Assembly (NCBI GenBank): GCA_951406725.2
Contig: OX597818.1
Span: 15,252,001 to 15,316,000 of the forward strand
From: Octopus vulgaris
Lineage: Eukaryota
Length of the DNA stretch: 64,000 bases
Direction of reading: 5' to 3'
This document shows, one piece after another, positions 26,888 through 36,744 of the stretch; position 1 is the stretch's first letter; each line of letters begins with the position of its first letter. Under the pieces are notes generated by a model, which was given only the letters and a program-made list of their open reading frames with translations, was not told where the DNA came from and did no database searches. The translations under genes and the position numbers were made by a program.

Positions 26888-27950
26888 GTTTTTTTCCATC
26901 CTTGTTTTTGTATACATTTGCTGCTTTCTTCCAAGGAATCTAATGCTCTTAGCTTAGTTTTTCTTTGGGGCTGGCCAGATTGGAGCAAATTCAAGTATAA
27001 TCACCCAAAATTGCGAAGATAATCTAGTACTTGCCTGAGGAATGAAAACTTCGAATGACCCGTCCTTGGTTTCTTTGTATCGTTTATCTGGATGTTTTGT
27101 TGTCCCATTTTTGTATCACCTAACTGTCCAGATGTTTTATGTTCTTGTCCCATTTTGTATTTTATATATATAGTGGCCTACGTACACTTTGGTCTCTTAT
27201 ATGCAAGTATACTTTTTTTCTAAATCTTGTACGACTCTATTTCTGTCTATGAGCCCTTTCATGCTTATTCGTTCATTCCACTCTTTGTTCTTTCATTCCC
27301 CCTCTCTCACATTTCTTTACCTTCTCTTCTTGCTCGCTTTCCCTCCACTTCTCACTTCAGTGTGTCCCTGTCATTTTTTTCTTGCCCCTCCTTAATTCTT
27401 CTGTCCCTCTGCTTCTACTTCTCTCTCTTCTCTTCCCACATGACCAGTGTTTGACCAAGCCTGTTCTTCCTTTCTTAGTCTGGCCGTTGTCCGTGTAACC
27501 TCGATATTCCTCTCTGTGTTTGTGAAACCTTCTATCCCTGCACTAAGGCTTCATTTCCACACACACCAGCTTAATTTAACTCGTCATTAGTTGAAAGTCA
27601 CCTGTTATTATTTTTATGGTATTTGTTTAACATTGTCCGTTTTTTTCCATCCTTGTTTTTGTATATATTTGCTGCTTTCATCCAAGGAATCTAATGCTCT
27701 TAGCTTAGTTTTTCTTTGGGGCAGGCCAGATTGGAGCAATCTCAAGTATAATCAGCTGCAATTGCGAAGATAATCCGATACTTAACTGAGGAAAGAAACT
27801 TCGAATGACCCATCCTTGTTTTCTTTGTATTGTGTATCTTGATGTTTTGTTGTCCCATTTTTGTATCACCTAACTGTCCTGATGTTTTGCATTCTTGCTC
27901 CATTTTGTATATTTTTATATAGTGGCATATGTGCACCTTGGTCTCTTATA
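26888..27950. repeat. Non-coding element with ~315-bp diverged direct repeats (26888-27202 and ~27639-27950); fragment also at ~54825-54945
   Basis: Both copies share tttttccatccttgtttttgtata...ccaaggaatctaatgctcttagcttag...ttcgaatgacc...ttggtctcttatat; flanked by (TA)n. Confidence 0.75.
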
Positions 27951-28163
27951 TGTATGTATATGTATATATATATGCATATATATGTGTATATATATATATA
28001 TATATATAATATATATATATCAGATTTTTTTGAATATGCTAGACAACTGGTTTAAATTGATGTTAATTGATTGATATCGATTTCTACCTTCATTATTTTA
28101 ATTTTTTAAATTTTATATGTATGTATGTATATTTATATATATGTATATATATATATGTGTGTG

Positions 28164-28198
<35 letters not shown>

Positions 28199-28810
28199 CC
28201 ACTACACACTTTTTTTCTCTCCTTGTTTTTTCTGTGTCCCTTTCTGTAGAAGAGCGTAGGCTGGAAATGTAAAAGACTTTTTCCATTCCTGAGCATTATA
28301 CTAATACATCTGTTTGTTTTGTACACCACCTGTCTTTGTCTTCTGTTTTTTTCGTAAACTCTCCCTATATATATATGTATGTATGTATGTGTATATACAT
28401 ATATATATACATATATATATATATACATATATATATATGTATGTGTGTATATATATATATATGTATATATGTGTATATATATATATATATGTATGTATGT
28501 GTGTATGTATGTATGTATGTATGTGTTTATATATATATATATATGTATGTATGTGTGTATATATATATATGTATATATGTGTATATATATGTATATATAT
28601 ATATGTATATATATATGTAAATATACTCTTGTGGGTTCTAGGTAGTTAGCAGCAGCTAGTTTGATATGAATTCTTGCCTTTGATTGTTTAAGTAGTAGTA
28701 GTAGAGAAAGGATGTTGAGGAGGAGGAGAAGAAGAAGAAGAAGAAGAAAAATCATCATCGTCATCATCATAATAATAATAATAATAATAATAATAATAGT
28801 AATAATAATG

Positions 28811-28858
<48 letters not shown>

Positions 28859-29138
28859 CAGTGGTATGACAGTAGCAGGATGTTGATAGAATCCACTTAA
28901 ATGGTCAAGTGACTTGAAAGTGACTCGTGGATGATAGTAGTGATTAAAATCATTCTGAATAAATTCTTGAGGTGACTGTTTTGAATATATCATTTTTAAT
29001 ATTTGCATGGATGATATTCTAAGGCCCTGGTGACAGTGTCATTTTTTTGCACATGCATTCAAAAGGGGTTGGTATTTTGTGATAAAGAATGACACTTTAC
29101 TAATACACTGGCTACAGGTTGACAACATACCATCACTT

Positions 29139-29179
<41 letters not shown>

Positions 29180-29239
29180 ATATATGTGTGTGTGTGTGGT
29201 GGTTGTCAACACCTTATGCAGAGTTTGACCACTTCCTGT

Positions 29240-29460
29240 ACCTACACCTTATCACCATCAGGGCATCTGATGTGACTTTTTAAACCAGGCAATGTTCTGA
29301 AAAGACACCTACGTAGATTGTACCTCAGATTTCGACCACCAAGAGCTACAGATAAGTTCTGCTCTTTGTGGATCTTGAAATGTCTTTTGAGGCCTCCATT
29401 AGATTTGCAAACCTTCTGGCATACACTGCATTCAAAGGTGTGCACAGACATATTGGCAGA
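29240..29460 (-). mobile_element. RTE-LINE 3' tail fragment with C2H2 finger
   Basis: FECSVCQKVCKSNGGLKRHFKIH...TLPGLKSHIR; no splice context. Confidence 0.5.
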
Positions 29461-29559
29461 ATAGTTGGTTGAGTTTCATTTTCCATGTGTTCACAGATGA
29501 GATTTGAGGTCAGCAAAACACAGGCATGGTCCATCACAGACTGCACACAAAAAGGTCAT

Positions 29560-32316
29560 TGTCATTCACCTTTTCAATTGATACATTCTTCCTTAGATCT
29601 CTTTTGTTAGGTTCTCCTTTTCAACTTGACCGTATCTCTTCTCTGCCACTATTAGCGAGCACAAAATATGAACCACTGGTTTTGCACTTCCGTCTTCATA
29701 TTTATGAAGTAGAACTGCACTTAATCCATGCCCAGAAGCATCGGATGCTACAATGATGTCCATTTTGGGATCATAATGTGCTAATGACAAGTCTGAGATC
29801 AGAATGTTTATTTCTTCAAATGTGTTTTGTCATTTAGTGGACCAATTCCACTTTACCCCTTTTTTTAAATAAGTTGTTCAATGGAGCTCTTAACTTGTGC
29901 ATGTTAGGAATGTAGTTTTGATAATAGTTTGCCAAGAAATATTTGAAAGTTGGAATATTTGTTAGCACAGGCATATTCCTTATTGTATCTGCCCTTAACA
30001 GGTCAGGACATCTACCACTTTTATCAGTTATTTGCCAAAGTACTTAATTTGGAGTAAAAAGAATTCACATTTTTTTCACTCAAAGTGAACCAGTAAACTT
30101 TAATTTTCTTAAACACAGCTTTTATTTGTTCCACATGCTGTTCATGAGAATTACTCTTGATCAAAATATTGTCCAAGTACAGGATTGCAAATTCACAGTC
30201 AAATAACATAATATTCATGATTTGCTGGCATATTGCTGGTGCAGCTTTTAATCCAAAAGTTAATTGTGTGTCCCTGTACAATCCTCTGTATGTATTTATT
30301 GTCAAATACTTTGAGCATTTTTCATTTAATTTTTCTGTAAATCTAATTTGGAAAAAAGTTTTCCACCATTTAACTTTGAAAAATCTCCTCTACAGTCAGG
30401 AGTGGATGGTGGTATGTTTTTAAGCAGTTGTTCCATCCTGTAAAAAAAATTGGCACGCAACCTAATCTTATTATTCTTTTTTTAATACATACCATGGGTG
30501 CTGTCCACTTTGAGTAATCCACCTTTTTGTTGACTCTGCTCTTCTCGAGTCTGTTCAACTCTTCATTTACAGTTTCAATTGCTGCAAATGATACTTTTCT
30601 GTTTGCTTTAAATGCAGGTTCAGTGTTTTCACTTACTTGGAAATAGGCTTCCCCGTCTTTCTACATAGACCTAAATCCTCTGATAACACTTGCGGGAACA
30701 TTTTTTTCAGATTTTTCTTCAGGTCTTCCGAAGACTCGTTTTTAATGGGACAACCATTTATGTTACTGCAGTAAAGATTTATGGGGATTTGCCATAAATC
30801 GAATAGTTCTAACCAATCTATGCCAAACAGATTGATTGTATTACCCACAATGAATAATTTTGTTTCGTGTGTCTCTACTTGAAATGTGACATTGATACAT
30901 GTTTTGCCCATGAAATGTAATTTATCACCCATTACACCACATGCTATTTTCTCTGCTTTACATAATCTCGGTTTACCAATTTTTTCTCAAGTATCCACAT
31001 TTATAATTGAGATGTCACTACCTGTGTCTAACATCATCTATTTTTATGAGCACAAATTTTCTTGTTTTTCCTTTACAATCACTTTCTGCTGAAATCACCT
31101 TAGAACTTTTTGTGCTTGAACCTCATAGTCTTGTTCTACAATGAGAACTCCTGTGTCCCAGCTTCTAACAAATATAGCACTTTTTGTTTTTAAACAAACA
31201 ATACTTTTTGTAGAGTGCCCCCCCCCCCCCCAACCATAACACAGATTGGGACGACACATTTGAATTTTTGGAGAGTCTTTATCTTGTATTTTTTCACACT
31301 ATATTTAAGATTTACCTTAGTTTGACATTCTTCTGTGATAGTTTATAAAGAGAAATCCTGGTTTGCTTGCTTCATTTTCAAGAGAATCCTTGCCCGAATT
31401 TCTCTGTCTTCCAGTGCTATAAGTCCTTGCATGAAGATCAGTGATTTAAACATATCCCGAGTAAGATCCTGGAGTTTGAAATTTTCGCACATATGGTTGA
31501 CTACTCCAGCGTAGGTGATAAAATTATCCTCCTTATTTTTTGTTAAGTTCCAACACCCCATTCTGGTGTTGAATAATGAACATTTATCACAAAAAATTTT
31601 TGAAAGCAGTTTCTGTTTCTTGGAACCCAATCTCGCTTGCCTTTTTGGACAGAACAAAGTTACAGTAATGCTCATGTTTGGCAGGAGCTACCTTGCATAG
31701 TAAAAGCCTTACTTTCTGCTCCTCCAAGCTTGACTTGCACTCATTAAAAATTTCCTTGTATCTTCTATAATATGCATGAAATGTAAAACCCTCCTCCAGA
31801 TTATATGTAAATTCAGAAACTGCATTAGCCTCGCCATCTGGCATAAACAAGCTTTCTGGATTTTCAGACTTTGCCAACTGTAACTCTATTAATTGTTGTT
31901 GTTGTAGTATTTGTTTTTGTAGCTCCTGTAATAATTCCTGTTGCTTCTCTTGAAGCTGTACCACTGTGGTTGATAGGTTTACCATGATGTAGAAATTGTC
32001 AAATAACTAATGTGAGTTTTGAATGATCCTTGTCACCAGTTGTTATATCCTTATGGGTAAACAAATAAACTACAACAGTATAATAACGATACAATCGAAA
32101 ACAACTGGCAGTAACCACACAGAATGTGACGACAATCTTCTAAGAACCAGCAATCCAATATGCTAACTCAAACTGTGAACTTTGATCTCCAACTTTGAAC
32201 CATCAACATATGAACTGTGAAACTAGCACAAATTACCTCACATACTCAGACCACTACTATTTATATGTAGTGGTCCAGTCGATTCTTGCCAGGGAATATT
32301 GTACTCTCGCACAACA
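29560..32316 (-). mobile_element. Decayed Ty3/Gypsy (Mag-like) element: 5' LTR ~32041-32316, PBS, gag, PR, RT, RNase H; integrase and 3' LTR absent
   Basis: TINTYRGLY..LTFGLKAAPAICQQIM..YLDNILI, LAHYDPKMDIIVASDASGHGLSAVL, NLFGIDWL; PBS TGGTGACAAGGAT (32026-32038) 2 nt inside an LTR ending ...AACA. Confidence 0.88.
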
Positions 32317-32882
32317 CCACCCTAAAACAAAACATATTACTAAATAACTGCAATCGTTTTATTTATTTTGACACATAAGAAAGACAACTTCCGGTGTGTT
32401 TTCAGTTTAATTGAAGCTTATCAGCTAAGTTTGGACTTCACTGTAATTATAAAGATGGGACAAACACATAATAAATGTAATGCAATTAGACTCATCTATG
32501 CCTACCAGTGTACATTGTACATTTACTTAACAGTACTCCTTTCACTAGTTTAGCAAGTACAATTAAATTGCTTTCTTGATAAGACCATAATAATATTGAA
32601 ACATATCTGCAGTTTAATTATTCTTGTCAAATAAGTAAAACATATTCAGCCATTCTTTTACTTGTTTCAGTCATATGACTGTGGCCATGCTGGAGCAGCA
32701 CCTTTAGTTGAACAAATCGACCCCAGAAATTATTCTTTGTAAGCCTAGTACTTATTCTATTGGTATATTTTGCTGAACCGCTAAGTTACAGGGATGTAAA
32801 TACATGAACATCAGCTGTCAAGCGATGGCAGGGGGACAAACACAGATGCACAAATACATATATACATATATATACATATACA

Positions 32883-32926
<44 letters not shown>

Positions 32927-33655
32927 ATCCAGACATGAAAACACAAAGAGAAAACACAACAACGTGAGGATGTGGAACAAATATAGTATTATTGGATGCT
33001 CAGGAAGGAAGGGAAGAAGGAAGGTTTAATGTTTCGAGCAGAGCTCTTTGTTGGAAACATAGGAGAAGGAAAGATCCAGAGAAGGGAAGACAGAGGTAAA
33101 AAAATTTCCAACGGTACACACGCAGTATATATTTAACTGGGATAGTTGAGAAAAAGAAAGCAGTGATGTTGATGGTGGCAAGTGCCATGGTATACCCTTG
33201 AGGTTCAAATGCCATAATATAAATGGCAGAATATTTTGAAGGGAATGTGATTAAAGAGGGCAGGTGGCGCAAGAACTGGATATGTATGTTGCGGGGGGTG
33301 GGGTTTACCAGATAGCAAAGATATACAGAGGAACAGGGGTATGATGACAGGATTGGGGAGTGGGAGGTAATCAAAGTACATGAAGCAGAAATGTGATGAA
33401 GAGAAATGTAGAAACATAGTTTGGTTTGCTGCGGTAGAGTGATTAAGAAGTTTTGTTGTTAAGTATGGGTGGAACACACAGTGCTTCTAGAACTCTGTTT
33501 TGCTGATGTGGGCAAGTCTTCTCAAGAAATTCATATCACCAGATATCTCAGTCCATTGTCATTTCCTCCATGAAGCCCAGCTTCTTGAGATCGGTCCATA
33601 CCACTTCACCTCATATCTTCCTGGGTCTTCCTCTTCCATGGGTACCATCCACTTT

Positions 33656-33713
<58 letters not shown>

Positions 33714-33962
33714 TATACAAAAGAAGTCGATGCTAGATGTGTCGAAACAATTGTTGGGATTAATAATATATTCTCGTATATTCCATCTTCTGTCTTTCAT
33801 TTGTTATATACACATGTATATATATATATAAGTAGGTGAATGGATAATTCGGTTGATCGATACCTGGGTAGCAAATTCATGTCAGAAAACACGGTTGAAG
33901 CTACATGTCAAGGGCAGAAACCCCGTGTTCTTGTGTGGAAATTTGTGTGTTTTTTTTATATG

Positions 33963-34081
33963 AATAAATGAAAGAATGGAGTCGAACAAAGATTTTAACA
34001 AAATTCCTTTACTTCGAAACGTGTGTTGAGAGTAAAGGAATTTTGTTAAAATCTTCATTTGACTCCATTCTTTCATTTATT
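33963..34081. repeat. Hairpin with ~51-bp inverted arms and a 17-nt loop
   Basis: aataaatgaaagaatggagtc...aaattcctttact / agtaaaggaattt...gactccattctttcatttatt. Confidence 0.85.
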
Positions 34082-34117
<36 letters not shown>

Positions 34118-34409
34118 TATACATATATACATATTCAGTGGGCTTTTTTTCAGTTTCCGTCTACCAAATCCACTCACAAGGCTTTGGTCAGCCCAAGGCT
34201 ATAGTAGAAAACACTTTCCCAAGGTGGCATGCACTGGGACTGAACCAAGAACCATGTGGTTGGGAAGCAAGCTTCCTACCATTTGCCACTCCATTTACCA
34301 ATCCTAACATTTTTTTACTCTTCCCTGTGTAATTATATCTAATTAGCTTTTTAATGGTCTCTTCATTCAGTATGGCAAAAGGAACATAATTATTGAGTGA
34401 TAATAATAT

Positions 34410-34722
34410 AATTACGGAGATGTACTCGCATAGCAAGTGATTTGATCTGAGATCGTGTGCTGAAACGAAAACAATTGCAGTGTGGAAGGTGTTTGTAAGC
34501 CATTTAAGAAACACACAAAATCCTGTTCGATTCACTTCAACATTTAAGTTTAATTTGTCAAAATATTTACGTCGTTTTAAGATCGTGACCTGTTCACTGA
34601 CAACGGATGCAGCACGGATTTTTGTCAGTGAACAGGTTGCGGTCTTAAAGCGACGAAAATATTTTGACAAATTAAACTTAAATGTTGAAGTGAATCGAAC
34701 GGCTTTTGTGTGTTTCTTAAAT
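34410..34722. mobile_element. Foldback element with ~100-bp inverted arms (34502-34603 / 34622-34722); second copy 36330-36434 + 40697-40838 is split by the LTR element
   Basis: Arms are reverse-complementary by eye; left flank attac(g/a)gagatgtact...gtgtggaaggtgttt is shared by both copies and abuts AT-rich/(TA)n sequence. Confidence 0.88.
34621..34671 (+). ncRNA. Putative minimal hammerhead ribozyme, G3-C8 core variant
   Basis: TTTGTCA-GTGAACA-G-GTTGC-ggtcttaaa-GCGAC-GAAAATATTT-TGACAAA: stem I 7 bp, stem II 5 bp, palindrome AATATT, UUU triplet. Confidence 0.55.
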
Positions 34723-35365
34723 AATATAATTATTACTATATTATTATTACTAGTTTTGTGGTCTATGTATGATGTCACATAGATGTTCATTACATTTATA
34801 TGTGTATAAGTGTGTGAGTGTGGTTGTTTTGTAAAGAGAGTGAGAAAGGCAGATCAAGAGACAGAGAGGGAATGATAGATATGGACAATCAAAGCATCTA
34901 GTAAAAAAGAAAAAGTTGGAGAATCAACTGGACAAAAATTGTGTGATACAAGCTACATTGCTATATATATATATATATTGCTTCCTCCTCCATTTCTTTT
35001 CCCCACACATATTTTCCTCTCTTTCTCTCTCATTTCCTTTATCTCTTTCTGTGGGTTGGGTATTTAATAAGTAGTCTATTGTTTGTTATAAACAATTATA
35101 AAATGAAACCCAATCCCCTAGCTACATCAGTGACTTGGCTCTCATTCTTAACCATAGGCTCTACACGTCATTGTTGTTCCTCCTACACACACACATAATA
35201 CTTACATACATACATACATACATACATATACATACACATTTTAAGTCATTCACTTAAAGAAGCCCTTCATCTGTTTTGGAATCTTTATGCTTGTCCTGCC
35301 AGGACATCCTGTCTGAGGTTTGGTCCAGGTCACAATATATCTCTCTTAATCCCTTGTTTTATCAC

Positions 35366-35915
35366 CAACACCATCACCAACCAATGCCAACACCACCACC
35401 ACCAACACTACCACCACCGCTAACAGCACCACCACCAACACTACCGCCACCACCAACGCCAACAGCACCACTAACACCACCAACACTACCACCACCAATG
35501 CCAACACCACCACCACCAACACTACCACCACCACCAACACCAACAGCACCACTAACACCACCAACACTACCACCAACACCAACACTACCACCACCACCAA
35601 CGCCAACAGCACCACTAACACCACCAACACTACCACCACCAATGCCAACACCACCACCACCACCACAACCAACACTACCACCACCACCAACACCAACAGC
35701 ACCACCAACACCACCAATGCCAACACCACCACCAACACCACCAACACTACCACCACCAATGCCAACACCACCACCACCACCACCACCAACACTATCACCA
35801 CCACCAATGCCAACAGCACCACTAACACCACCAACACTACCACCACCAATGCCAACACCACCACCAACACCACCACCACCACTAACAACACCACTACCAA
35901 CGACAACACCACTCC
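35366..35915. repeat. Degenerate (CCA/CAA/CTA)n triplet satellite
   Basis: Recurring ccaccaccaacacta / ccaatgccaaca / acagcaccacta sub-units. Confidence 0.9.
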
Positions 35916-36300
35916 CCATTACTAACCATGGAACAAGTGGTTACTTGATCCTGACTAGACAGTAGCTAATTTCCTTCAAAGTTACCTTAAATAAGTGAAT
36001 ATATTGGATGATGACAATTCTAGACATATTTTTTAAAACATTTCTTTTTTGACTTGTTTCAGTCATTTGACGGCAGCCATTCTGGTGCATTGCCGTTCGT
36101 CAAACAAATCGACCCCAGGACTTATTCTTTGTAAGCCTAGTACGTATTCTATCAGTCCCTTTTTGCTGAACCACTAAGTGACAGGGACATAAACACACCA
36201 ACATTGGTTGTCAGATGATAGTGGAAGGATAAACACAGACATAAGAAACAAATATATATATATATATATACAAGATAAGAAAACAACCCCTATCTCAATT

Positions 36301-36333
<33 letters not shown>

Positions 36334-36434
36334 CAGAGATGTACTTGCGTAGCAAGTGGCCTGATCTGAGACCATGTGCCGAAACAAAAACAATTGTAGT
36401 GTGGAAGGTGTTTATAAGCCATTTAAAAACACAC

Positions 36435-36709
36435 TGTGATAGATGTGGTGAAAAGGAGCGTAACAGAACAAGGAAAAGAACTAGAAGTGTAATTTGGTCT
36501 TACCTGTAGAGATGAAGCCGGATTCGCCTTGAGCCAACTTGCTAGCGTCTTGTCGTCTTGGCGTCGTTCTCGTGTGTCTGTCCTCGTCGATGCCGCACGT
36601 GCGTTCTGTCGCTGACTTCCGCTTCCGCCGGCGCATGCGCCCTGCGAGACCTGCAAGACCCACTTCCGCTCCCTCCCTCTCTGTCACACTCCCTCATCAC
36701 CACACCACA
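36435..36709 (-). repeat. 3' LTR, preceded by PPT AGGGGG-CG
   Basis: Direct repeat of 40415-40691; + strand cgccccct at 36710-36717. Confidence 0.95.
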
Positions 36710-36744
36710 CGCCCCCTGATCTATAGATCACTGAACCGGTTTCC

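Noticed and set aside
28093-29008. Long poly-I/Y/YI ORFs (also 18042, 23175, 24433, 55429, 56622)
   Set aside because: Translations of (TA)n, (CA)n and (TAA)n microsatellites
29242-29451. Host C2H2 zinc-finger gene (cephalopod ZNF expansion)
   Set aside because: One intact finger, no TGEKP linkers; resembles an RTE C-terminal tail
35276-35965. 229-aa proline-rich (extensin-like) ORF and antisense Gly/Val-rich ORFs
   Set aside because: Stop-free triplet satellite in an intron; open in several frames, non-ATG start, no splice or signal-peptide context
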